From an uncultured Verrucomicrobiae bacterium (GTDB lineage: Bacteria; Verrucomicrobiota; Verrucomicrobiia; Chthoniobacterales; UBA10450), in assembly GCA_963772365.1 (NCBI GenBank), contig CAVYXA010000005.1, positions 192,001 through 256,000 of the forward strand: a stretch of 64,000 nucleotides of DNA, written 5' to 3'. The stretch's first letter is position 1. Every line of letters starts with the position of its first letter. Of the stretch, positions 10,533-19,607 are shown piece after piece. Made by a program: the position numbers and the translations under genes. The notes beneath the pieces are model-generated. The model saw nothing but the letters and a program-made list of their open reading frames with translations. It did no database searches and had not been told where the DNA came from.

Positions 10533-11072
10533 TCAATGTAGAGCGAAACCCCGGGGATGCGGGGTGAACAGAAGACGCGCGAGCGCGATCAAAATGAGTG
10601 CGCTTACGATGATTCCTGCGGCAACGACGATGGCGAGCAGCCCGAGCACAAAGATTACGAATATCCAATCGCTTTTTCTTCTCCGTTGGGGCTCGGCACT
10701 ATAGCGCCTGAGCAGCTCGTAATTGCGGGCATTCGATTTGAACCAAAACGAAAAGGCATCCCCGATCCCGGGTATGATCCCGACCAGTTCGTTGATCAAA
10801 ATATTTGCCGCCATTCGGGCGAGCAAAATTTTCGGTTGCCCGGAGCGCGCCGCATAAATCAACGCCAGCCCTGAAACAATAGCTGACGCGGTATCACCTA
10901 CTCCGGGCAATAGCCCGATGATTGGGTCGAGCCCAAATCGAAATTTTGTCCCCGGCAAACGGAGCAAGTTATCCATAATGAGCGCGAGCCATTTGAAAAT
11001 AGGATCGACAGATGAGCGTTCTTCCTTTTCCTCCGGCGGAAGAACTTCCCACTCTGGTTCGCTTTCCTTCAT
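10533..11072 (-). CDS. DUF4112-like membrane protein
   Basis: MDNLLRLPGTKFRFGLDPIIGLLPGVGD...IPGIGDAF; start placed at MKESEP, overlapping the upstream stop. Confidence 0.8.
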   Translation of the reverse strand: MKESEPEWEVLPPEEKEERSSVDPIFKWLALIMDNLLRLPGTKFRFGLDPIIGLLPGVGDTASAIVSGLALIYAARSGQPKILLARMAANILINELVGIIPGIGDAFSFWFKSNARNYELLRRYSAEPQRRRKSDWIFVIFVLGLLAIVVAAGIIVSALILIALARLLFTPHPRGFALH

Positions 11073-11878
11073 GGTTTGTGAGCCGTGACAATCAAAGTCC
11101 GGCCGAGCAGAACATCGCGAGAGTTGATCGATCGAACCAGCCACTCGTTCTGCGCATCAATGGTGCGATATTTTCCCGATTCGCGCATTCTGGCTCGGGC
11201 AGCCGCGAGGCGAATCGGCAACAGTAAAATCGCGTAGGCTAAAAACGACCGCCGCTGATAACGATCCACTCTCAGTTTCAGATCGACAAAACCATTCTCG
11301 AGAAGAGCATGGGCAAGATAAAACCAGCTCACCGGGTTGATGTGGCCGCGCGGGCTGTGAACATCGCGGCTCCCGATCGAAAGCGGACCGAAGAGTGAGG
11401 CGAAACCAAACGCGAGGTAACGAGTCCGGGACCGCAGGTTCAAAATATTTGGCGTGGTAATCACGGCCAGACCGCCCGGCTTCAACACGCGATAAATTTC
11501 CCGAATCGTTTGGCGATAATTCTCCAGATGCTCGATCGTTTCCGCGCACGTGACCAGGGTGAAGCGGTTATCCTCGAACGGTAGCGGCTCGGAATTAAGA
11601 TCGACAATTTCGACCGGCTGACTGCGCACCCGCATGAGCCGGTCGGTATAATCGCAGGCAAATGCGCGTAAGGCGTAGCGCTGGCGAACAAAGCTCAGCA
11701 GTTCTCCGGCACCGCTTCCGACATCGAGGTAATCGCCAGCGAATTTGCGCGGTGCTGCTTTTTCAATCGCCTTTAAGATAGCGCGCTGAATCGTAGGCGT
11801 GCTCAGCTCGGCAGGTTTTTCGCCTTTGCGCCGTCGCCCCGATAATTTTTTAACAATTCTGCGCAGCCGCATGAACAA
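11069..11878 (-). CDS. Class I SAM-dependent methyltransferase
   Basis: YLDVGSGAG, ETIEHL, RVLKPGG...TTPN. Confidence 0.88.
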   Translation of the reverse strand: MFMRLRRIVKKLSGRRRKGEKPAELSTPTIQRAILKAIEKAAPRKFAGDYLDVGSGAGELLSFVRQRYALRAFACDYTDRLMRVRSQPVEIVDLNSEPLPFEDNRFTLVTCAETIEHLENYRQTIREIYRVLKPGGLAVITTPNILNLRSRTRYLAFGFASLFGPLSIGSRDVHSPRGHINPVSWFYLAHALLENGFVDLKLRVDRYQRRSFLAYAILLLPIRLAAARARMRESGKYRTIDAQNEWLVRSINSRDVLLGRTLIVTAHKP

Positions 11879-12170
11879 CTGTACACCCTCGACTTAAAGC
11901 TCGGCGAGGATGATTAGGCCGAGACGGCACATAGTCCATCTGCTGTCGGTTTATAGATTTCGCAAGATCGACATGTAATTTTTCGGAATTTTGGCCGGCA
12001 AATCTCGGAGAACATCGGTGAGGATGAAAATTTCCCGCCCGGTCACTGTCTCGACGTTTTCGCGGATCGCAGAGACAGCCTGGCAGCTCGCTAACTCCAG
12101 GGTTTTTCGGGCTGGCCAGGACCGGCGGGATATTCGGCTGTCGCCGTAGCGCATAACTAACACGCAGACG

Positions 12171-12365
12171 ATGACAACGGTAATTCTCCTCACAATCAGC
12201 TTCATCGTAATCGGGTTGTCTGCGGGAATCGTTCTGAAGATGCAGCCGGACAATCATGGCGCGATTTGTGGGGCCTGCGGTTGGCACGTCCCTGAACGTT
12301 CGTCGCGCGAACTCATGCGCACTCACACGAAATGCCCCCGATGCGCCGGAATGAAATGGATTTAG
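12171..12365 (+). CDS. Small membrane-anchored zinc-ribbon protein
   Basis: TM helix followed by CGAC...CPRC. Confidence 0.5.
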   Translation: MTTVILLTISFIVIGLSAGIVLKMQPDNHGAICGACGWHVPERSSRELMRTHTKCPRCAGMKWI

Positions 12366-12483
12366 CGGTTGCGCCATTTTTTCTGGGGCAGTGGCAACGG
12401 CCTACCGAGATCGAAAGGAAGGATTGACTTAGTTGTTACGTTTTCGGTATAAGCGGTGTTCTACGCGCAACCCTAATCCAGCC

Positions 12484-13106
12484 ATGAAAAAGAAATTCCT
12501 TATCGCAATTCTCTGCGGCGCGACAGCGACAACCCCGCTCTTCGCCCAACAGCACATGCAATCATTGTCGTTCAGTGGTCCATCGACAATCGATATCACC
12601 ACAACAAATATGTTCACGGTTTCGGTGGATTTAACCTTTAGCGGATACAGCGCCTACGGTTATTCCTATTGGTTGGAAGTGCAATCGGCCTTGGCGCCGT
12701 TTCTCACTATTACTGGCACGACTCATTACCCGCCATTTCCCGGCGGCCCGGACCCGGTCCCCATAGCTTTCAATTTACCCGACGGTTCCGGGTACACCGG
12801 CGAGGCGCCTGGCCTTGGCGGGGGGACCAACCCGCCGGATTCGGTACGCCCGGCACGTACCACGTCATGGATCTCACCTTCATGCTGGCTCCGGGAACTC
12901 CTCTGGGTATGTACGACCTTCGCACGACTACAACTTCCCCACGAGCTTCGGAAGTGACCGACACGGATTTCATGGATAACAACCTCCCAGCGGCTCATTT
13001 CTCCATCAACATCGTGCCGGAGCCGAGCACGCTTGCTCTGCTCGGGATTGGAGCGATCGGCTCAGGAATGTGGATCTTTCGTCGCCGAACAGGTCAAAAC
13101 GGTTAA
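12484..13106 (+). CDS. PEP-CTERM sorting domain protein (frameshift near 12845)
   Basis: Signal peptide MKKKFLIAILCG in one frame; VPEPSTLALLGIG...RRR in the next frame. Confidence 0.8.
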
Positions 13107-13127
13107 ACGAAGCTGAACGGCTTCTTC

Positions 13128-13197
13128 TGTAGCGGCGCTCTGTGAGCGTCGCAAAGTTCCCACCCAAGAATGGCGACGGTCACAGACCGCCGCTACA
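13128..13197. repeat. GTAG-type REP-like palindrome between convergent genes
   Basis: TGTAGCGGCG...CGCCGCTACA perfect 10-bp terminal IR, with inner complementarity (CTGTGA/TCACAG, GTCGC/GCGAC). Confidence 0.75.
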
Positions 13198-13206
13198 TCA
13201 TCCGGC

Positions 13207-14529
13207 TTAGCCCGGGATTTCCTTGAGCATCTGCTTGTTGGTCGGGAATTTTTTCACGAACATCAACAACCGCTGGATCGCTTCCTCGGGTTTGTGTCCG
13301 GCCAGGCCGCGGCGGATGAGATTGATTTTCTCTAACTCCCACGGTTCGAGCAGCAGTTCTTCCCGGCGGGTTCCGGAAAGAAAGATGTCGATGGCCGGGT
13401 AGATGCGTTGATCGCTGATTTTGCGGTCCAGCACCATTTCCATATTTCCCGTGCCTTTGAATTCCTGGAAGATCAGCTCGTCCATTCGGCTGCCGGTTTC
13501 GATAAGTGCGGTCGCCACAATCGTTAGCGAGCCCGCTTCTTCGGTATTGCGCGCAGCGGCGAAAATTTTCCTCGGGATTTCCATGGCACGAGCATCGATA
13601 CCGCCGCTCATAGTGCGGCCCCCGCCGGACATCGCATTGTTGAAGGCGCGGGCCGTGCGGGTGATCGAGTCGAGCAGGATGAAAACATGCTCGCCAGCTT
13701 CGACCAGCCGTTTCGCGCGCTCAATCGCAAGCTGCGAGATTCTCGTGTGACTCTTGATATCGGCATCATTCGAGCTGGCCATCAATTCTGCCGTCGGATG
13801 CGACCGACGAAAATCGGTGACTTCTTCGGGCCGTTCATCGACGAGGAGAATGATCAATTTCATCTCGGGATGATTCTTCGCGACTGCCTCAGCGATGTGA
13901 TGGAGGAGCGTTGTCTTGCCAGTGCGCGGTGGCGCGACGATCAACCCGCGCTGGCCCATGCCGAGCGGCGTCATCAAATCCATGATCCGCGTTGTGTAAC
14001 GGTCGGGAACCGTTTCCAGTTTGATTCGCTTGTTCGGATTAATCGTGGTCAGCTCCTCAAACGGCTTCAACCCCTGATATTTCGCGGGCTCTTCGCTATT
14101 GATCTTGAGCAGCTTGGTCAATTGCGGGCCGCGATTGCCTCGGCGGGTTTCGCCGTAGATCCACATGCCGTCGCGCAGAGAAAATCTACGCACAATCTCC
14201 GGGGTAACGAAAATGTCCTGGGCAGCCTGGACGAAGTTGCGCTTGGGATCGCGCAGAAAACCAAAGCCTTTACCCGAGATCTCGATGATGCCTTCGCCGA
14301 ATTCCGGCTCCGCCGAAGTTTGATCGCCGTTTTCGACCGCGCCTTCGGATTGTCGATCCAAAGTGTCAACACCCGCTTCGGGTGAAGAATTAGAATTCTC
14401 GTTGAATCGATCCCGGTCGCGATAGCGCCGACGGGAAAAACGACGGCGCGGTCGATGATGACGTTGTTCCGGCGCGGCGGCGGCTTCGGTTTCCACCGGT
14501 GCAGGTTGATTTTCGTTCTCTTCGTTCAT
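13207..14529 (-). CDS. rho: Transcription termination factor Rho
   Basis: GFGFLR, GQRGLIVAPPRTGKT, DERPEEVTD, FKGTGNME. Confidence 0.97.
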   Translation of the reverse strand: MNEENENQPAPVETEAAAAPEQRHHRPRRRFSRRRYRDRDRFNENSNSSPEAGVDTLDRQSEGAVENGDQTSAEPEFGEGIIEISGKGFGFLRDPKRNFVQAAQDIFVTPEIVRRFSLRDGMWIYGETRRGNRGPQLTKLLKINSEEPAKYQGLKPFEELTTINPNKRIKLETVPDRYTTRIMDLMTPLGMGQRGLIVAPPRTGKTTLLHHIAEAVAKNHPEMKLIILLVDERPEEVTDFRRSHPTAELMASSNDADIKSHTRISQLAIERAKRLVEAGEHVFILLDSITRTARAFNNAMSGGGRTMSGGIDARAMEIPRKIFAAARNTEEAGSLTIVATALIETGSRMDELIFQEFKGTGNMEMVLDRKISDQRIYPAIDIFLSGTRREELLLEPWELEKINLIRRGLAGHKPEEAIQRLLMFVKKFPTNKQMLKEIPG

Positions 14530-14604
14530 AAGCAAACAGGGTGCGCACTCGCCATTCGAGCGCTTCCAAAAGATTTTTCAGCGGAGTTCTTTTCAGGCCG
14601 GCAA

Positions 14605-15348
14605 TCAGGCCAGTAATTCGTCGGGAATTTCTAGATTTGAATAGACGTTTTGCACGTCATCATCGTCTTCGAGCGCATCGCACAACCGGAGCACCTGCCG
14701 CGCCACGTCCTCGTCGGCAACCGGAACAGTCGTATCGGGAATGAAAGTAAACTTTTGCCCATCGGTATTTACGCCCGCATTTTTGAGCGCCTCAGCTACA
14801 GAGTAGAGCCGATCGTGCGAAGTAATAATAAGATACTGATCCTCGTCGGTTGTCAACTCTTCTGCGCCGGCCTCGAGGACTAATTCCAGGAGCCGGTCCT
14901 CGTCGATGCTCGGTCGCGGAATGGTGATTTGTCCTTTCTTGTGAAACATGAACGAAACGCTTCCGCTGGTGGCGAGATTGCCATTGTTCTTAGTAAAGAT
15001 GCTTCGGATTTCGGCGGCGGTGCGGTTCTTATTATCGGTTGCGACCTCGACGATCACGGCGATGCCACCGGGACCATAGCCCTCATACACGATCTCCTCG
15101 AATTGTTGCGCATCTTTGCCCTCGCCAGTGCCCCGCTTGATCGCGCGATCGACATTATCATTCGGCATGCTTTGATCGCGCGCCGCCTGGATCGCGCTAC
15201 GCAGACGCGGATTGCCATTGGGATCGCCTCCGCCGGTTTTCGCGGCGATGGTGATCTCTTTCGACAACTTGCTGAAGATCTTGCCGCGCTTGGCGTCAAT
15301 GGCGCCCTTAAACCGCTTGACCTTCGACCACTTGCTATGTCCCGCCAT
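14605..15348 (-). CDS. yebC: YebC/PmpR family protein
   Basis: MAGHSKW, YEGYGPGG, DDDVQNVYSN. Confidence 0.95.
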   Translation of the reverse strand: MAGHSKWSKVKRFKGAIDAKRGKIFSKLSKEITIAAKTGGGDPNGNPRLRSAIQAARDQSMPNDNVDRAIKRGTGEGKDAQQFEEIVYEGYGPGGIAVIVEVATDNKNRTAAEIRSIFTKNNGNLATSGSVSFMFHKKGQITIPRPSIDEDRLLELVLEAGAEELTTDEDQYLIITSHDRLYSVAEALKNAGVNTDGQKFTFIPDTTVPVADEDVARQVLRLCDALEDDDDVQNVYSNLEIPDELLA

Positions 15349-15498
15349 GGTGGGGAGTTCCTAATCTCTGCGATGAATTGACTGACTAAAAGCTGCAAAT
15401 CCTGAACAGCGCCTCGCCGAGAGAGTGGCTGGCGAGAAGAATTACTGCGCAGTATTGAAATCGCGAAACGAACCCGTGTCAATATAGCGAACCGAGAA

Positions 15499-16245
15499 TC
15501 AATGTTCGGGGATCCATTCCCCTCGCACGGGCGCTTGGGGGACGGGACGAATGATTCTGCGGCGCGGAGGAAAAATTGAGGAGCGTCTTCCGGGTAACAA
15601 ATTAAGTGCGGCGAGCGTTTCCAAGTCGAGTCGGCCGGTCACTGGCAGCCGGATTTTTGCCTGATAGGCCCGCAATGAAAACTCGGTGCCCGGCCCGAAG
15701 ATTCCGTCGATCTCGCCGCGGTAAAGATCGCGGTGGGCCAGGATGCTTTGCGCCGAAGCGACTACATTGCTTTGAATCTCAGGCGGCGCCATTTCGTAGG
15801 GAGTTCCGGCAAATAACCCGCCGCCCGATGGAACAATCGCAGATGGTCCAGATGGATACTGTTGTCGATCTTGCGGTCTGGCGACCAAAGCCTGCGGAGG
15901 AGGTGCTTCCGTTGGCTTTTCATCGTTCTCGTTTTGCTGTGAAGTCTCGTCCGATGTTTGGGGCCGCGGCAAAGGAGAACTTGTAACTATGGGTTGGGAG
16001 GAGCGAGGCGCTTTGGCTACCAAGGCCTGCAAAGTCTCTTTGTCCAGATCACCGGAGACATGTAACCCATTTCGAATCTGGTAGCGCCGGATGGCGGCAG
16101 TCGTGTCTGTGTCCTTTTGGCCAGTGATTTCGCCGTAATAAAAACCCTGATCTTTCAGCGCCTGCTGCGCCCTGGCGATGGTATCATCCGCTCGCAGCAA
16201 CGCGATCGATCCAAGAAAAATCGCCAGACCAATCCTCAGTTTCAT
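15499..16245 (-). CDS. Secreted protein with two peptidoglycan-binding domains
   Basis: Signal peptide; GFYYGEITG..T.AAIRRYQ and YRGEIDGIFGPGT..LRAYQ. Confidence 0.8.
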   Translation of the reverse strand: MKLRIGLAIFLGSIALLRADDTIARAQQALKDQGFYYGEITGQKDTDTTAAIRRYQIRNGLHVSGDLDKETLQALVAKAPRSSQPIVTSSPLPRPQTSDETSQQNENDEKPTEAPPPQALVARPQDRQQYPSGPSAIVPSGGGLFAGTPYEMAPPEIQSNVVASAQSILAHRDLYRGEIDGIFGPGTEFSLRAYQAKIRLPVTGRLDLETLAALNLLPGRRSSIFPPRRRIIRPVPQAPVRGEWIPEH

Positions 16246-16281
16246 GTCGATCTTGCTAAGACGTCGCCAACATTGGCTTAT

Positions 16282-17118
16282 TCAGCGCGCCGGCTCGGTC
16301 GGGATGGAGGATGGCTGCTTCGTAACCGGCAGACTTACCGCAAGTGTGGTTTGCTGTTCCTCAATGGCATCGCGATATCGCAAAATTCCATCCGTGATCG
16401 CAACAGCGAGCATTTCCCGATAATCGGCATTTCCTAGCTTTGTAAGGTCGTCGTCGTTACTGAGAAATCCGGCTTCGACCAATACAGCCGGCTGAGTCAC
16501 GTTCCTGATTACGAAAAATTGCTGCGGTTTTGCGCCACGATCCATCGAATGCGTCTGCGTCACCAGCGATTGCTGAATGAATCCGGCTAGACTCTGGCTT
16601 TTGAAATTAGGGGAACCGGACAAACCACGGCCCAGGAAAGGAATCCAGGAAATCAATGTCGGCAGCGGCGCACTTTGATGTTCGGCATAATAGGTTTCCA
16701 CTCCGCTCGTAAGCGGCCGTTCCCCTTCGTTAAAATGAATGCTGACAAAAATGGAGTCGGGCACGCGATTGGTGATCCGAGCGCGATCCACCAGGGAAAC
16801 AAAATTGTCATCGTTGCGCGTCATCAGAGTAGCGATGCCCTGCGCTTCCAACAATCGATTGACCCGTTGAGCTACGTCGAGCGTCAGGTTTTTCTCGACA
16901 ACATTCCCGCGCACTGCACCCGAATCATCGCCGCCGTGACCGGGATCCAGAACAACGGTGCTGAACGAGCCGCGGCCGCTGGAAGATCTGGTTGTCGAAG
17001 TTAAACCCCGCGAACGTGGCATCGAAACTAACCAGGTGAAACAAGCCACCATCAGCAACAGACCCGCCAAGGCGGCTGTCTTTTGCAGCACGCGTCCGAT
17101 TACAAATCGCCGCACCAT
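16282..17118 (-). CDS. N-acetylmuramoyl-L-alanine amidase (Amidase_3)
   Basis: VVLDPGHGG.D.GA, EK, FVSIHFN, PAVLVEAGFLSN. Confidence 0.92.
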   Translation of the reverse strand: MVRRFVIGRVLQKTAALAGLLLMVACFTWLVSMPRSRGLTSTTRSSSGRGSFSTVVLDPGHGGDDSGAVRGNVVEKNLTLDVAQRVNRLLEAQGIATLMTRNDDNFVSLVDRARITNRVPDSIFVSIHFNEGERPLTSGVETYYAEHQSAPLPTLISWIPFLGRGLSGSPNFKSQSLAGFIQQSLVTQTHSMDRGAKPQQFFVIRNVTQPAVLVEAGFLSNDDDLTKLGNADYREMLAVAITDGILRYRDAIEEQQTTLAVSLPVTKQPSSIPTEPAR

Positions 17119-17127
17119 TTTTCCCCC

Positions 17128-17908
17128 CTAAGAATTTAGTGATGAGCGTACATCTTTGTCCGATAAATTGCGATACCGAATCGCGGAACCGTTGTTTCGC
17201 TCGAGCACGGCTGCTTCGATGCCTTTGCCGGAAAGCTGTTCCTGTCGATGTTGCGCAATGGCCTTTGCATCGGGCAATTCCTTCGGCCCATCTTTTTGCA
17301 AAGCCATGTGTCCCACGCTCCAGGCATCGAGCGCAGATTCGATGGAGGCTTCAAAAGCGCCGCCCGGAGTGTGTTTTTCTTTCAGGAACGATTCCATCAA
17401 TGCAGCCGACTCACGATTCCCGCTCAACACCGCAAAGTCCTGACGCGCTTCCGCGATTGTGGCGGCATTCGTGGCGATTGAGCCGTCGTAATCGACTCGC
17501 AAAAATAAATCGTCCTCAGGTCGCGCTCCAATTCGGCAAAGAGCAGTCGCGCGAGATACGGCGCGCCATAGACCTGCTCAAACGCGTTCTTCATCGCCGG
17601 GCTGAGCGAATAATGCGACAAGCCGCCGAAGCGAGACATCGGCTGCCGATCGAGTGAAACCTTCCGTGCTGGCCAGCTCGATCGCTGCCATTCGCAACCG
17701 CTCGATATCGCCCGGATGCCCGATCGCCCCCATCGCGATCCGATCGTAAATTTCGAAAATTTTCTGCCGTCGAACCGCCCGAGCGTCAGGAACAAAATCC
17801 CGTCGCGATAACTCACCGCCGCGATCGGACTTCCCGTCGCGAATTGGTCTCGATGTATTCGCGTCGATTCGCGATCGCCTCGACCCAGCGATACGGTTCT
17901 TCGATCAT
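17128..17908 (-). CDS. prcA: 20S proteasome alpha subunit (multiple frameshifts)
   Basis: Fragments in successive frames: MIEEPYRWVEAIANRREYIE / YRDGILF / KIFEIYDRIAMGAIGHPGDIERLR / APYLARLLFAEL / RVDYDG...IEAAVLER. Confidence 0.75.
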
Positions 17909-18730
17909 GGCACTGTTTTTCGAAAGACTGCCGCCGATTTTTTCATCCGGCAGCGTGATGATTCCTTCGCTCGACACAATTTTGACATCGGAAAAATCTT
18001 GCCGCTCCGATCGACCCCGCCGGTGGCCGTGTCGGATTCGGCCGCCGTATCGAGCGCGCGCAACGCGAGCACGATCGCCTCGTCTTCGCTTCAATTTGCT
18101 GCAACGGCTTTTTCCCCACTTGTTTTCGTAGTAGAGAATCCTGCGCACGGCCGGCGATCCCGAGCCGGTCGCCGCGAAATCGGCCACCTCGAATTGCGCG
18201 CCCATAGCGTCGTAGAAATAGAGCCGCGCCTTCCGGCTGGGCATTGGCATCGTAGGTCGCGAAAATCGGCACGACGATCCCGACGCCCTGCATAAGCGAA
18301 GCCGAAATTATCGCGCAGCAATTTCGACAGCGCGCGCACTTTTCCATCCACGACTCATCTCCTGGAACTGGCTGCGCCGGAAAAATTGAAACGAATGCTC
18401 GAGCACGCGCGCCATCTCCCACGCGGTCGCCGGCACGCCCGCGATCGCCATGATCGAATGGCGATCGATTTCGAGCACTTTATCCGCGCGATCGTAAACC
18501 ACCGTATTGCCCGCGGTCGCGCGGCGATCGCCGGCCACCAGCACGCCGCCAGCGAACTTAAACGCGAGAATCGTCGTCGCTTCTGTTGGCGTAAATCCGC
18601 CGCGATTGACCGATCCGTTAGGATCGACAACTGCTGCCGCATCCATCAAACCTTTGCGTCGGAGCAGCGCAGGGAAATCCTCGCCTGTGCCAGAGAAAGT
18701 CTGCTCCGGCGTGACGGAAAACGGTTCCAT
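17905..18730 (-). CDS. prcB: 20S proteasome beta subunit (multiple frameshifts)
   Basis: Propeptide then EA-TTILA...AGDRRATAG; later frames give YFYDAMGAQFE..FAATGSGS. Confidence 0.8.
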
Positions 18731-18732
18731 CC

Positions 18733-18909
18733 TTATTGACCGGTGCGCTGGCGATAGCGCTTGGATTGATTAGGATCGACCTTGCGCATTTTTTTCAAAA
18801 GCTCTTTCGTATCCGGCCGCGATATATCCGGCGAACGCGGCCCACCTTCATCCCCCTGCTTCGGCTCCCACGGCGCCGGCTCCATTGGCTTTTGAATGCG
18901 ATCTGGCAT
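18733..18909 (-). CDS. ubact: UBact ubiquitin-like / Pup-analogous protein (58 aa)
   Basis: Hand translation gives MPDRIQKPMEPAPWEPKQGDEGGPRSPDISRPDTKELLKKMRKVDPNQSKRYRQRTGQ*, ending in R[ST]G[EQ]. Stop lies 2 nt before the prcB ATG. Confidence 0.9.
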   Translation of the reverse strand: MPDRIQKPMEPAPWEPKQGDEGGPRSPDISRPDTKELLKKMRKVDPNQSKRYRQRTGQ

Positions 18910-19004
18910 GTCAAAAAATTAAAGCCAATTGTTCGAAAGGCAAGCTGTGCACCCGAGTGCACCGGCGCTTGCCAGAGAAAGATGCCAATGGCAACATTTG
19001 GCGG

Positions 19005-19463
19005 ATGAAGCTTGGCGCGTTATTGGCTACTGCTTTCTTTGGTGGTGCAGCCCTGCTAGGGGGTCAAACATTTGCTCCGAGTCCCGGTAAACAATCCTCT
19101 GAAGCGATGCAGCTTCAATTGTTAACGAAAAAAATCGACGAGCAAAACGCCAAGATCGACATCCTTTCTCAACAAATTCTCAAGCTCGAACAACAGCTCT
19201 CACATACTCGTCCCGGGATGATGATCGGCGAGGCTGAGCCATCTCAATCAAAGTCTGCCTCCACACCAATACCGCGCCCAGCGGGCACAACGACACACAC
19301 GGTGCAGCGGGGCGAGACACTCACTTCCATCAGCAAAATGTACGGAGTTAGTATCACGGAGCTGCAAACGTTTAATCACATCGAGGACCCGCTGAAATTG
19401 CGAGCTGGCCAAACGATTTTTATCCCGCCGTCGCCGACGCCCGCGCCATCGCCCGGCCATTAA
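19005..19463 (+). CDS. LysM domain secreted protein
   Basis: Signal peptide, coiled coil, HTVQRGETLTSISKMYGVSITELQTFN. Confidence 0.85.
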   Translation: MKLGALLATAFFGGAALLGGQTFAPSPGKQSSEAMQLQLLTKKIDEQNAKIDILSQQILKLEQQLSHTRPGMMIGEAEPSQSKSASTPIPRPAGTTTHTVQRGETLTSISKMYGVSITELQTFNHIEDPLKLRAGQTIFIPPSPTPAPSPGH

Positions 19464-19499
19464 TTCTTTACATCGACAATCGCTCGTCGGACGTAAACA

Positions 19500-19607
19500 G
19501 TCATCCTGAGCGGGGTGAAGGGACCTCGCCCATAAAGCTTCGGTCGCCTACATCGGAAGCGTGATCTCATCATCCTGTGTGAGCTCCCTCACTTCGTTCG
19601 GGATGAC
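19500..19607. repeat. CGTC/GTCAT-type REP-like doublet overlapping the ABC transporter 3' end
   Basis: GTCATCCTGAGCGG..GAAGGGACCTC ... GAGCTCCCTCACTTCGTTCGGGATGAC, imperfect inverted copies. Confidence 0.65.
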
